This document shows positions 26,624-37,014 of a stretch of 57,756 bases of DNA, piece after piece. The stretch comes from Escherichia phage vB_EcoS_PJ16. The stretch lies in the sequence record OQ955832.1. One strand, given 5' to 3'. The notes beneath the pieces were generated by a model, which had not been told where the DNA came from, ran no database searches, and worked only from the letters and a program-made list of their open reading frames with translations. Position 1 is the stretch's first letter; the number at the start of each line of letters is the position of its first letter. The translations under genes were made by a program, and so were the position numbers.

Positions 26624-27235
26624 TTAATGATAGACCTTGTGTACCTCTTGTTCCAGTTTATACGCGTCGGCGCCTTGTGGGAACGGATACGACACGAGTT
26701 TAACCACGGGGTGTGGAGTTCGTCGTTGTAGTTGTCGTAGTCGCTGTTTTAAGTCGTTTGTAATACCAACTTTAAGCAGAGTAGGACACTGTTTATCGTC
26801 AGTTAACACGTAGAGCGTTCCGTGTTCTGACGGGTTAAAACCTGTTTCAGCGCACTGGGGGCAACCTTGTTTCATTGAAGTGTGATTGTTCGGAGTCTGT
26901 TCAAACACACCGTGTTCTGAACAAATGATTTTCACAGGAGTACACCGATTAACATACTCCACCAACGAATAGTCGTAACGGTCCCCGTGAACTTCACGGG
27001 CGCGTGTAATAAACTCTTCTGTGGTTAAACGTTGTTGCTTAACTGCACATTGGGGACAACCTCTCCCGCGAACATGATTATTAGGAATCTGTTCAAACAC
27101 ACCATGTTCAGGACAGGTGATCTTCACAGGAGTACACCAATTCACATACACCACTAGCGAGTAATCGTATTTGTGCCCATGAACTTCACGGGCACGTGTG
27201 ATAAATTCTTCTGTGGTTAAACGTTTCCTACTCAT
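26624..27235 (-). CDS. T5orf172 (GIY-YIG-like) domain protein with duplicated zinc-ribbon domains
   Basis: Two tandem copies of EEFITRAREVHG-YDYS...GCPQCA; C-terminal GTLYVLTDD...KVGIT...EQEVH resembles T5orf172 domain. Confidence 0.55.
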   Translation of the reverse strand: MSRKRLTTEEFITRAREVHGHKYDYSLVVYVNWCTPVKITCPEHGVFEQIPNNHVRGRGCPQCAVKQQRLTTEEFITRAREVHGDRYDYSLVEYVNRCTPVKIICSEHGVFEQTPNNHTSMKQGCPQCAETGFNPSEHGTLYVLTDDKQCPTLLKVGITNDLKQRLRQLQRRTPHPVVKLVSYPFPQGADAYKLEQEVHKVYH

Positions 27236-27236
27236 C

Positions 27237-27416
27237 TTATTTGTCGCTTTTTAACACAGCCCAGATTAACGCACCTAACCAACCGACGAATGTCCAACCC
27301 GCAAAGATGTTAAGTAAAATAATTGCTGTTTGTTGTTTATGTTTAATGTTAATCGCGATGAGTGCTGGGATCAGATATACAGCAGCGATTAAGAAAAGAA
27401 TGATGAAAGTAGCCAT
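27237..27416 (-). CDS. Small membrane protein, superinfection-immunity-like (59 aa)
   Basis: Not in track; strong RBS GGAGGG; NIFAGWTFVGWLGALIWAV resembles Imm-type motif. Confidence 0.45.
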   Translation of the reverse strand: MATFIILFLIAAVYLIPALIAINIKHKQQTAIILLNIFAGWTFVGWLGALIWAVLKSDK

Positions 27417-27444
27417 TTTGTAACCCTCCGTTGTTTTGTTGATT

Positions 27445-27492
27445 GTAGGTTACACGTCTTTGTGTAATCCGTCAAGAATTATTTTAAACGTT
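27445..27492 (-). promoter_or_regulatory. sigma70-type promoter with UP element (conserved family)
   Basis: -35 TTGACG (27470-27475), 17-bp spacer, TAACCT; leader paralogous to 12895 promoter. Confidence 0.55.
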
Positions 27493-27550
27493 TGTCGCTT
27501 TTTAGACCCGTGTTAAACTGTGTACATGCTTCGTGAAAAGGTTAACCACA

Positions 27551-30118
27551 ATGGCACAGTATCCGATTGATATAAAAATAGACACTGGTAACGCTGACAG
27601 AAATCTTAACAGTCTTAATAACCAGTTAGACCAAACAGCTAATTCTGCAAAATCTGCTGCACAAGCGGCAAACACTTTATCAAAAAGTGAACAGCAAGCT
27701 GCAAAATCTGCACAAGTAATGGCGTCAAATACTGGTAACGCTACATCATCTTTAAAGACGATGGCATCTGGCGTAAATCTTGCAACAAACGCCGTTCGTG
27801 GTTTTATGGCAATAGGTGCGGTGTCTTCTGCTATTGAGTTAGGAAAAGCGTTTATTGTTGCGGGTGATGCAGCTAATCAACTCGAAGCTCGTATTGCAAG
27901 ATTGACCGGGAGTACATCATCAGCCAAACAAACATTTCAAACACTCGCGGATATTGCCTCTAAAACAGGTGGTGGTCTTGCTGATACTGAACGTTTATGG
28001 GAAACCTTATCATCATCATTAAAGGATAGCGGTGCAACAAACGATCAGATATTACGATTAACTGAAACACTTCAAAAAATAGGTCGTGTTGGTGGTTCAT
28101 CTGCTGAAGAAATGTCTAACGCATTACGTCAGTTTGGTCAGTCAATTTCATCTGGTGTAGTTCGTGCAGAAGAATTTAACAGCATTGTTGAACAGATGCC
28201 AGAACTGGCAAGACAGATGGCTGCTGGTTTAGGTATTTCAATGGGTGAGTTACGTCAGCAAATGCTGAATGGTGAACTTACAGCGGAACAAGCATTGAAC
28301 GCTATCATTCGTCAAACGCAAAATGTTGATGAAGAATTTAGCAAATTGCCACGGTCTTTAGATCAGGCCACAAATTCGTTATCTGTATCGTTAGCCACGT
28401 TTGTTGCAAGCATGAATGATGTGACTGGAGCATCAAATCTTGCTGTAGACGCTATTGATACACTTACAGGTTTCATCAATAAATTAGGCGATGATTCAAC
28501 AACAACTGCTGATAAATTGTGGTCAATAGCTGGCGTAATATCTAAGTTACAACCTGGTGCTATCGGAGCATCCCTTGCCGATCTGGTCTGGTCAAATGAT
28601 GATGTAAATAATGCAAAAGCGTACAATGACCAGGTTGATAGATTTGTTAAAGCATCTGCTGCTGGATACGAACAAGCTAAAAAAAACCGTGATGCTACAA
28701 AACCTATTTCTATAAAAGGGACAAATGCATCAGACGCGGAAGCACAAAAACAGATTAAAAACCTAAAAGAACAGATCACTTACACCCAGGCGCTTGCTGA
28801 CGGTAACTATGAACTGGCAGCAAGTCAGAAACTGGGTAACAAAGCAACAAAGGAACAGATTGCAGACTACGCCGCGTTGTTGAAACAACAGGCAGAATAT
28901 AAAGAAAATCAAAAAAACCAGAAGAAATCAGCGAGTGCTGAAGCATCTGCTGCTAAACGTGCACAGAAAGAACTGGAACGTAATCAGGCTGCTAACCAGA
29001 AATACCTGAAAACGCTTCAGGATAAAATCAATGCTGGTAATTATGATGTTCAGTTAGCCCGCGAACAGGTTCAGATTGCTTTAACACAGGGATCGTCTGT
29101 TGAGCAACTTACAGCAACGTATCAGAAAGAATATCAGGTACGTCAACAGTTAACGCTGGCATCACAACAGGCAGAAGCACAGTCACGACTGAATAAAGAC
29201 GCGACTGATGCTGAACGTGCTGCCGTTGATGCGCATGTGGCTGCGTTGCAACGTCAACAGCAGATAGCACAGTTAAGCGCAGATGTAAAACAAGTTGACA
29301 TTGATGTGAAAGCACAGTTGAACCCGTATCAATCACAAATTGATCAGGTTAATCAACAGGAAGCAACACGTCTTAGTATTACCCAAGCTGCCCGTGAACA
29401 AGATTTAATCAACGAGCAACAATACCAGGATATGAAAACGCAGATTCAACAGGCTGGTGAACAAGCCCGTACGAATCTTGCAAATGCTAACTACAGCTTG
29501 TTGCTACAATCCAGTGCTGATTTTTTGGGTCAAATGGCTGCTGGTCTGGCACAATCTAAAGGTGAGCAATCAAACGCGTATAAAGCGATGTTTGCACTGT
29601 CTAAAGCCTTTAGTATTGCACAGGCAAGCATTAACCTGTGGACAGCAGTTAGCCAGGCTATGGCGTTGCCGTTCCCGGCGAATATTCCATTCATTGCACA
29701 GGCTTTAGCATACGGAACAAGCGTGTTAGGTAATATTCAGTCTGTGGCTGCAACAGGTTTTGCAACGGGTGGTTATGTTAAAGGACCGGGTACAGGTCAG
29801 AGTGACAGTATAAACGCACGTTTGAGTAATGGTGAATTTGTCAGCACCAAACAGGCTACCAGTCGTTATCGTAGCACTCTGGAAGCAATGAATCGTGGGA
29901 CATACACCCCCGGGTCTGAAGGTGGTTCATCACCTAATATTCAGGTTCATAACTACGGTGGTGAACGTGTTCAGGTGAAACAAGGATTAACACGGGATGA
30001 TGTAGTGCTTATCATAGGTGAAGAATTCCCACGACAATCAGCGGCACAATGGAATGACCCGTACAGTCAGACGAATAAAGCATTCAGGTCTAACTATGAT
30101 GCGAACAGGAAAATATAA
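27551..30118 (+). CDS. Tail tape measure protein
   Basis: Track ORF 27533-30118; 856-861 aa, helical, Q/A-rich; position after chaperone pair. Confidence 0.8.
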   Translation: MAQYPIDIKIDTGNADRNLNSLNNQLDQTANSAKSAAQAANTLSKSEQQAAKSAQVMASNTGNATSSLKTMASGVNLATNAVRGFMAIGAVSSAIELGKAFIVAGDAANQLEARIARLTGSTSSAKQTFQTLADIASKTGGGLADTERLWETLSSSLKDSGATNDQILRLTETLQKIGRVGGSSAEEMSNALRQFGQSISSGVVRAEEFNSIVEQMPELARQMAAGLGISMGELRQQMLNGELTAEQALNAIIRQTQNVDEEFSKLPRSLDQATNSLSVSLATFVASMNDVTGASNLAVDAIDTLTGFINKLGDDSTTTADKLWSIAGVISKLQPGAIGASLADLVWSNDDVNNAKAYNDQVDRFVKASAAGYEQAKKNRDATKPISIKGTNASDAEAQKQIKNLKEQITYTQALADGNYELAASQKLGNKATKEQIADYAALLKQQAEYKENQKNQKKSASAEASAAKRAQKELERNQAANQKYLKTLQDKINAGNYDVQLAREQVQIALTQGSSVEQLTATYQKEYQVRQQLTLASQQAEAQSRLNKDATDAERAAVDAHVAALQRQQQIAQLSADVKQVDIDVKAQLNPYQSQIDQVNQQEATRLSITQAAREQDLINEQQYQDMKTQIQQAGEQARTNLANANYSLLLQSSADFLGQMAAGLAQSKGEQSNAYKAMFALSKAFSIAQASINLWTAVSQAMALPFPANIPFIAQALAYGTSVLGNIQSVAATGFATGGYVKGPGTGQSDSINARLSNGEFVSTKQATSRYRSTLEAMNRGTYTPGSEGGSSPNIQVHNYGGERVQVKQGLTRDDVVLIIGEEFPRQSAAQWNDPYSQTNKAFRSNYDANRKI

Positions 30119-30621
30119 TGAGCAATACAGATGATTTACCACGGCTTGAGTACGGCGCGAAAATGGTGTTACCTGAGCGTGATAATTACAGTTACAGTCC
30201 ACCGTGGGGCGTAACTAAATCTGATATTTCCGGTACGTTATCACGGTTGGGTCGTAGTGCCTTTGGTGGTCCTGCTCAGGTATCGTGTACAATTCAGTTA
30301 TATAGTCCTGCGATGCTTCAGTGGTGGGACGATTTTTATAATCTGGAAATCGCTGAAGGTAGTAAGCGGTTTGTGATGCAACTGTTTGTGAACGGTTTGA
30401 TTCAGGAACACGTTGTTCAGATTGTCAGTAACCCGTCATCCTCTGTTGTAGGATGGAAAGGATCTGTCGATCTACAGTTGCAAGCTGTTCCTGTAATCGA
30501 CCGTTGCGCAATGGCATCACGATTGTTAATCACTAAATGCCAGGGTGATTACGCTGCTTGTTACCTTAAAGAAATTATTGATACTGGCCTACTCTTAAAT
30601 AACGCGTGGACACCAGAATGA
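30118..30621 (+). CDS. Minor tail protein (M-like, putative)
   Basis: Position directly after tape measure. Confidence 0.4.
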   Translation: MSNTDDLPRLEYGAKMVLPERDNYSYSPPWGVTKSDISGTLSRLGRSAFGGPAQVSCTIQLYSPAMLQWWDDFYNLEIAEGSKRFVMQLFVNGLIQEHVVQIVSNPSSSVVGWKGSVDLQLQAVPVIDRCAMASRLLITKCQGDYAACYLKEIIDTGLLLNNAWTPE

Positions 30622-31124
30622 AAGACGAACTGCGTGAATTATTAACGGTCGCGACAACAGGTAAAGGTGTTGTTGACGGTGTGAAACTGAATCATAGTTC
30701 ATGGCCCAATCCGCTATACATCACCAGTGTTTATCCGGGATTTATCGCGGTGCATGAAGACGGTAAGGAATATGAGTACGAGTATGTTCCGATGTCCGTC
30801 AAGAAGGCGAATAAACAAAACGATTTATCACAGGATTATTCATTCACTATTCAGGATTTGAATGAAGTTGTTGGTGTGTATCTGGACTTAATTCCTCTTG
30901 ACAGTAATGAAAAACCATCTGTTGAGTTGCGAACGTTTGTTTACCGTGAAGATGGTTCCATGTCTGATATTCAGGATGGACCATATCTTCTGGAATCTGG
31001 CGATATTACTACTGAACCACAGGGTTGTACGTTTACAGCGTCACCACCTATTACAAACTTTGCCGGGACAGGTGAACTATATACGTTTGAACGTTTTCCC
31101 ACTCTACTGGCGTATGCAACATGA
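30606..31124 (+). CDS. Minor tail protein (L-like, putative)
   Basis: Position in lambda-like tip module. Confidence 0.4.
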   Translation: MDTRMKDELRELLTVATTGKGVVDGVKLNHSSWPNPLYITSVYPGFIAVHEDGKEYEYEYVPMSVKKANKQNDLSQDYSFTIQDLNEVVGVYLDLIPLDSNEKPSVELRTFVYREDGSMSDIQDGPYLLESGDITTEPQGCTFTASPPITNFAGTGELYTFERFPTLLAYAT

Positions 31125-31480
31125 TCGGTGATCGCTATGATATTGACAAATGGAATTGTACACACGAGGTTAGTCAGTGGTATCAGGTCCACAACTACCC
31201 ACACGTATTGAAAACTGTTTCAGGTGATGAATGGGATATTGCGTTTGTCAGATGGATGCGAAAACGTTTTTCATCAATTACCACACCGGAACAAGGCGCG
31301 CTTGTACTGATGAAGAACAGATATTCAGGCGGTTTTCACGTTGGTGTGTGGGATTGTGGAATGGTTCATCATTGTTATCAGCCACCTGGTGATTCACCAG
31401 GACAGACAATCAGATCACCTTTAAGTATAATCAAGACAGCACATAAAGAAATCACGTTCTGGAGAATGAAAAGTGTCTAA
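31121..31480 (+). CDS. Tail assembly protein with NlpC/P60-like features (K-like, putative)
   Basis: 119 aa; conserved Cys and His (NCTHEV, VHH) in a K-like position. Confidence 0.4.
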   Translation: MIGDRYDIDKWNCTHEVSQWYQVHNYPHVLKTVSGDEWDIAFVRWMRKRFSSITTPEQGALVLMKNRYSGGFHVGVWDCGMVHHCYQPPGDSPGQTIRSPLSIIKTAHKEITFWRMKSV

Positions 31481-34001
31481 AGTCATCTATCACACTAATC
31501 CTGTTGAACACGCTGATAACGTTGACTTTGGTGAATGGATGCTGAAACGCTGGCCCGTGGGTACTGTTCGCCCGCGTGGGTTACTGATTTATAAAAACGA
31601 CGAAAACATTACCCAGAAATGGGTCACTGACCCCAGCGTATTAACTGATCCTGATGCTGTTTATCACATTTATGAATTACCAAAAGGTGGGGTGATTAGT
31701 GCAATAACGAAAGTTATTAGCACAATTCTAAACCCCATTTTAAAATTGTTCATGCCGAATACCAGTGCGTCGGCTAATCTTAAGAACTCACGTTCAGCGT
31801 CGTCTAACAACGCGCTTCAGGGGCGTACCAACGCTTCACGACCGGGTGAACGTATTTCTGATATCCGTGGTCGTGTACTGGCATATCCTGATCTGTTAAT
31901 GGACTACCGAATCTTTATTGACCGAACAGAATATGAAGTTCAGTTCCTGTGTCTGGGCGCTGGTGAATACGAAGTCGAAGACGTTCGTGACGGTATTACA
32001 CCTGCGGTAAATATAAGTGGTGAAAAATTAGACTTTTATAAAAAAGGTAATGCACCAGGGTATGGTTCTCCATATATGAATATCGGTGGTGCAATTGATA
32101 TTAACACTTTTCCGATCATGGTTGCTAAGTCATCGAACGAAGCAGACGGATCTGAAGTTAAGCCACCAAACTATGCTGATATTAGTAAAGCAAGTTTTAA
32201 AATTTACAGCACAGGTGAAATTGATACTACGATTTCCAGCGATGATAACACTACTATTGACTGGTCGGAACGTGCACCAATCGGTAGTAAAATACGTTTA
32301 TCGCAATTTTACAGTTTTACACCTAATACTTTACCGTTAAACACGTATGTACGTAATGACCTGTCCGGTGATTACGATGTTATTTATGCAGGTGAGAATA
32401 CGTTAATCATTGATACTAATGGTCGTGATGGTTGGGATGCTCTGTCTGAAAGTGGTCAGGCTGCGTATACACAGGCTTACTTGCGAAATGACGGTTACTG
32501 GGAATTTGAAACCACTGAAGGAAGTGGAAGTTTTTTATACAAATTTTCACCATCTCTTGACAGCACTATGCCGTATATTGTCGGACCTTATCTGATCGAT
32601 AGTGCGGATAAGCTGATGATCAACCTTTATGCACAGAATGGTGTGTATAAAACTGATGGTGATATTTATCCGTTTACCTGTGACTTCCAGGTAGTCTTGT
32701 CAGACCCGAACGGTGTAAAAGCGAATGTGACACACTCTATGTCTGTCAGTGGTCGCTATACAGAAGCTGTAGGCAGTTCATTAATTGTGGATAATCCTTT
32801 TGACGGTCCTGTCAATGTGTCTGTAAGACGACTGTCAAACACAGATAAAGATTTCGAAGGGTCTGTTGTTGACAACATCAAGTGGCGCGATTTATACGCT
32901 ATAACGAACGTTTCTCCGCGTTCCTATGGTGATGTGACATTGATTCATACAGTGACAAAAGCAACAAACGCGGCACTGAAACAAAAAGAACGTAAATTAA
33001 ACATGATTGCAACACGCGTGTATAACGATGTTGCAAGTAGTAATTTTGCAGATGTTGTAATGTCAATGCACACAGATCCTTTATTTGGTCGTCGCACATT
33101 GGACACTATTGATCGCGATGCTTTATATGCTGTTCAGGAACAACTTCTTGAATATTTTGGTGACCAACGAGCAATTGAAGTTGGCTATACGTTTGATAAT
33201 AACAGTACGACGTACGAAGAAGGATTGGACACTATCTGTAACACGGTGAATGTTAAACCGTATCAGATCGGTAGTGTATTGTATTTCTGGCCTGAATTAC
33301 CGCAAGACCAGTCTGCAATGCAGTTTGGTCATGCGTTTAAAATTCCTGACAGTGATAAACGCACACGTTCTTTTGCACCACCTAAAGAATATACTGGTGT
33401 TCAGGTTAAATATTTCGACCACGATGAAAAATCATATTTATATGTTACTAAAGGCGAAGAAACAAACCTTAATAAAATAGACCTTGTTGCATGTCAGTCG
33501 CGATACCTTGCAAACATCCGTGCTAATCGTGAGATGAATAAATTACGTTACCAGCGTATTACTCACGAGTGCACAGCACTTAGTATCGGGTTACAGGCTA
33601 CCCCGGGTATGCGTGTGGATATGATTGACAATACCCGTATGAAACAACACGAAGGTGTTGTTGTCGATGTTGACGGTTTAACACTTATTCTCAGCGATCC
33701 TGTTACATTCACCACGGGTAATACATACAGCATAACGTTAACACACCGACTGGGAACACTTGAAAACATTCCTGTAACTGCCGGGGATGATGAATTTTCA
33801 GTGGTAATGGCTTATCAACCATCTGAAGAAATTTACACGGGGTGGTTGCGTGACCGTACCGCATACGTGATCCGTACTGATGATGAAAGAAGTAAATTAG
33901 CAATGCTTGTTCAGAACATGGAACCGTCAGGAAGGGATAATAACTATCAGGTAGGTTTAACGTGCATCAATTACGATGCACGTTATTATCAGGATGATTA
34001 A
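31473..34001 (+). CDS. Tail tip / host specificity protein (I/J-like)
   Basis: 842 aa; last gene of tail module. Confidence 0.55.
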   Translation: MSKVIYHTNPVEHADNVDFGEWMLKRWPVGTVRPRGLLIYKNDENITQKWVTDPSVLTDPDAVYHIYELPKGGVISAITKVISTILNPILKLFMPNTSASANLKNSRSASSNNALQGRTNASRPGERISDIRGRVLAYPDLLMDYRIFIDRTEYEVQFLCLGAGEYEVEDVRDGITPAVNISGEKLDFYKKGNAPGYGSPYMNIGGAIDINTFPIMVAKSSNEADGSEVKPPNYADISKASFKIYSTGEIDTTISSDDNTTIDWSERAPIGSKIRLSQFYSFTPNTLPLNTYVRNDLSGDYDVIYAGENTLIIDTNGRDGWDALSESGQAAYTQAYLRNDGYWEFETTEGSGSFLYKFSPSLDSTMPYIVGPYLIDSADKLMINLYAQNGVYKTDGDIYPFTCDFQVVLSDPNGVKANVTHSMSVSGRYTEAVGSSLIVDNPFDGPVNVSVRRLSNTDKDFEGSVVDNIKWRDLYAITNVSPRSYGDVTLIHTVTKATNAALKQKERKLNMIATRVYNDVASSNFADVVMSMHTDPLFGRRTLDTIDRDALYAVQEQLLEYFGDQRAIEVGYTFDNNSTTYEEGLDTICNTVNVKPYQIGSVLYFWPELPQDQSAMQFGHAFKIPDSDKRTRSFAPPKEYTGVQVKYFDHDEKSYLYVTKGEETNLNKIDLVACQSRYLANIRANREMNKLRYQRITHECTALSIGLQATPGMRVDMIDNTRMKQHEGVVVDVDGLTLILSDPVTFTTGNTYSITLTHRLGTLENIPVTAGDDEFSVVMAYQPSEEIYTGWLRDRTAYVIRTDDERSKLAMLVQNMEPSGRDNNYQVGLTCINYDARYYQDD

Positions 34002-36037
34002 ATCAATCCATAAATGGCATTGTGTATTACGACACCCCCAACAACAGAGGAAACATTGAAATTAATTTCAGCTTTGTAAGCTCCTGGTGGAACACAATCT
34101 ACCAAAGCATAAAAATTGAACGTGCCTCCTGCTGAGATGTTATATCCCATGGAGTCCGCGACAGCATTTCCTTGTTGGTCAAGGAACCTAAGTGACGCCA
34201 GGGTGGTTGTTGTATTTTTAGCCCAAAAACCAAGCTGAAAATAACGACCTGGCTCACAATCAATGATTGTTTGGGTGAAATTAGCTGCTGCGTCAGATGA
34301 TGGTACAGATAAAACAAAAGAAGTTGAAAACATTAAATCATTAGGAACATCGTTTGTTGTAGTAGCAGTGACAACTCCTGTTCCAGTTTGCGAGAGTGTC
34401 CAGTTAGATATGTTTAAAAACTGTCCTGAGCCATTACTGATGCTATTAATATAAGGGCTTACAATGCTCCCTAAATTCCAGTTACTTGTGATAAATCCTG
34501 CCCGTGGATAGCACCCTCTGGACATTACTTTTTTGCTCGCGCCACCTATCAACTGTCTTGTGGGAAATCCGGTAGCAATCGTTGTATTCCCATAGAGGGG
34601 TAACGAGCAATTATTTAGGCTAACAACCCCATCGCCGTTGCTAACAATAGGTACACTGGTATACCCGTCTGGGAGTAGTATCGTCGAATTACTGACGGTT
34701 AATCGTGAACTGCCATCCACAGTAAACCCAACGAAACTCTGACCAGGTTGGTACTCAATGTTACCGTTTGTGAAAACCACTGTTGCGTTATCTGATAACG
34801 CAACAGTAGGGTCAAAATATCCTGATTTTTTACCTGCCGGTAGAGAGCAGCTATCGAATATAAATTGACCATTAACAAACGTGAAAGGTCCACCGTTGTC
34901 AACCATCCAGCAGTGATTAAATTTTATAACCTCACCGGAATTCGCTGGTGAATTGAAAATAGCAGAATTTGTAAAACTTCTGGACAACGCGCATTTATCA
35001 AAAAGAATACGATATGCATTATCAAGAAACTCAATTCCGGCAGTTGAGATAAACCCACTATTAGATATTCTTAACTCTGATACTACACCACTGGTAGAGC
35101 CACCGATAGCCAATTTCCTGGAACCTTTTCCGACGAATGACACACCACTCATCAAAGCAGTTGCGTTAACTGCATCTCTGTTAATGTAATCCGCGCCTGT
35201 ATTAATAATGGTTAGGTAGTAGTCACCGGTTACAGATGCAGTTTCTGTTAAAGTACATTTATTTTTTCCAATAAGTGCGCCTTTTGCTATGTCGAAAATA
35301 ATCGGTGTTGTTATCTCACCAGAAACAGGAACCACACAGTCAAATCCGGCAGCGTTTATTTTGTTGATGAATACCGCCAAATCTTCGGTTCCAGTATAAC
35401 CAGCATCATACACGTCCACGGTGCCGTTGAAGAATTTTCTTTTCCATACCACACCGTTTCCGGGGAAGGTAACAATATTGTCTACAGTAGTAGTCGCGCT
35501 AACAGCTACCATAATACCACCACCAAAATTAAACCCGCTCACATACGAATCAAGAATTATGGAATCACCAATTGATCCTGATATCGATGATAACTCAGAA
35601 ACTGATGATACAGTCCCTATATAAGACAAACCATTTGATTTGTTTAAATCAGAACGTAACATTAAATCCGTCTGATTAACCCAGTGTGTAGCATCAATAC
35701 CACCCGTAGTTGCAGGTGTTGAACCAGGTGGAACAATTTTAGGCAACATACCCATCCACTGGTAATAATTACCTTCTGATTCATATAGTAGTGTTTCCCA
35801 ACGATGGTTAATAGTACTACCGCCTTCAAACGAACCGTCTGCAGGTTTAAAACCAACTGAACTAAAAAAACCATCCAGTGTTTTGTTAGTAACTGATTCG
35901 CCACGGATTGTATCGGTTGCTTCCAGTGCAGGTTTACCGGTAGCGTCACGACTTTTTGCAACGTGTTCAATATGTAAAATCGCTTGTTTGCCTGTTTTCA
36001 AATCATCAGCACTGATATAATCGTTACAGTTAGCCAT
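33998..36037 (-). CDS. Tailspike / receptor-binding protein with beta-helix-like repeats
   Basis: Track ORF 33998-36064 trimmed to ATG 36037 (GGAG RBS); Gly/Ser/Thr/Asn-rich repetitive beta-strand pattern. Confidence 0.6.
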   Translation of the reverse strand: MANCNDYISADDLKTGKQAILHIEHVAKSRDATGKPALEATDTIRGESVTNKTLDGFFSSVGFKPADGSFEGGSTINHRWETLLYESEGNYYQWMGMLPKIVPPGSTPATTGGIDATHWVNQTDLMLRSDLNKSNGLSYIGTVSSVSELSSISGSIGDSIILDSYVSGFNFGGGIMVAVSATTTVDNIVTFPGNGVVWKRKFFNGTVDVYDAGYTGTEDLAVFINKINAAGFDCVVPVSGEITTPIIFDIAKGALIGKNKCTLTETASVTGDYYLTIINTGADYINRDAVNATALMSGVSFVGKGSRKLAIGGSTSGVVSELRISNSGFISTAGIEFLDNAYRILFDKCALSRSFTNSAIFNSPANSGEVIKFNHCWMVDNGGPFTFVNGQFIFDSCSLPAGKKSGYFDPTVALSDNATVVFTNGNIEYQPGQSFVGFTVDGSSRLTVSNSTILLPDGYTSVPIVSNGDGVVSLNNCSLPLYGNTTIATGFPTRQLIGGASKKVMSRGCYPRAGFITSNWNLGSIVSPYINSISNGSGQFLNISNWTLSQTGTGVVTATTTNDVPNDLMFSTSFVLSVPSSDAAANFTQTIIDCEPGRYFQLGFWAKNTTTTLASLRFLDQQGNAVADSMGYNISAGGTFNFYALVDCVPPGAYKAEINFNVSSVVGGVVIHNAIYGLI
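36013..36021 (+). promoter_or_regulatory. Extended -10 element TGATATAAT (putative late promoter for lysis cassette)
   Basis: Third copy of TGATATAAY motif, 43 nt upstream of 36064 ATG, embedded in tailspike 5' end. Confidence 0.35.
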
Positions 36038-36063
36038 CTTTAAGTCTCCAGGAGTGTAGAACA

Positions 36064-36387
36064 ATGTCTGATAACCCAGTGTTGAGGTATTGGCCTATAA
36101 TAGCATTTGTTGCCACGGGGTTGGTAGGTTACGGGGTAACTCAAAACCAAATCAATTCTAATGAAAAAGATATTGCAGATGCAAAAACCTATGCGCATGA
36201 GGCGCTTAATCTGGCAAAGCGAGTGGAATCCCGAGTGGATGTCCACGACATCAAAATCGAATATCAGGCAACACAGAACGCTGAAATCCTCACCAGTGTT
36301 AAAGAGCTAACACAGTCAACAAATGACCTGAAAGTTGTTATTGAAGGTTTGAAAGCGGAACAACGTAAAACCGGGAGTAAGCAATGA
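36064..36387 (+). CDS. Membrane protein with N-terminal TM helix and coiled coil (lysis-associated, putative)
   Basis: 107 aa; AGGAG RBS; first gene of lysis cassette. Confidence 0.5.
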   Translation: MSDNPVLRYWPIIAFVATGLVGYGVTQNQINSNEKDIADAKTYAHEALNLAKRVESRVDVHDIKIEYQATQNAEILTSVKELTQSTNDLKVVIEGLKAEQRKTGSKQ

Positions 36388-36773
36388 GTAACTTTAAATT
36401 CAGTCAGAGAAGTGAAAATAATCTGAAAGGGGTTAACCCGGATCTTGTGAAAATCGTGCGTCGGGCACTTCAGTTATCACCCGTTGATTTCGGTATCACA
36501 GAAGGTTTACGAACTGTTGAACGACAACGACAACTGGTTGCTGCAGGTAAAAGTCAGACGATGAACAGTCGCCATATTTCAGGCCATGCCGTGGATGTAT
36601 TCGCATATCCTACACCTGCTGGGTCGTGGGAATGGAAATACTATGAACAAATTGCCACTGCATTTAAACAGGCTGCAAAAGAACTGAACATCCCTGTTGA
36701 ATGGGGTGGTGACTGGAAAACCCTGAAAGATGGTCCACACTTCCAGTTACCACATGCAAAATATCCGGCGTGA
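36384..36773 (+). CDS. Endolysin, peptidase M15 family
   Basis: SRHISGHAVDV and DGPHFQL zinc-binding motifs. Confidence 0.8.
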   Translation: MSNFKFSQRSENNLKGVNPDLVKIVRRALQLSPVDFGITEGLRTVERQRQLVAAGKSQTMNSRHISGHAVDVFAYPTPAGSWEWKYYEQIATAFKQAAKELNIPVEWGGDWKTLKDGPHFQLPHAKYPA

Positions 36774-36783
36774 GATAACTGTC

Positions 36784-37014
36784 ATGGACAAGTTCAGCAT
36801 ATTACGTAACACAACCGGGGGGATTTCTTTAAGCCGCGCACAAGCGGCTTTAGGCTTCCTCGTGGTAACAGGCATTCTGATTTACCAGGCCGTGGATCGT
36901 ACACTTGATGATACAGTGCTGTTAACCTATTTCGGTTTCTGTATAGGTCAGTATGTTGGTGCTAAAAAAATCGCTGTAGATAAACAACGAGGTACGCCAA
37001 ATGACAACCCGTAG
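36784..37014 (+). CDS. Holin (putative, two TM helices)
   Basis: Track ORF 36730-37014 trimmed to ATG 36784; two hydrophobic helices. Confidence 0.45.
   Translation: MDKFSILRNTTGGISLSRAQAALGFLVVTGILIYQAVDRTLDDTVLLTYFGFCIGQYVGAKKIAVDKQRGTPNDNP

Noticed and set aside
27241-27423. Plus-strand track ORF (60 aa) between T5orf172 gene and tape measure
   Set aside because: The opposite strand has a better candidate: ATG with GGAGGG RBS directly downstream of the 27470 promoter, encoding an Imm-like membrane protein. The plus ORF has no RBS and is antisense to it.
27568-27576. Fourth TGATATAAA late-promoter-like motif
   Set aside because: It lies inside the tape measure coding sequence (encoding PIDIKID) with no gene start downstream; probably coincidental.
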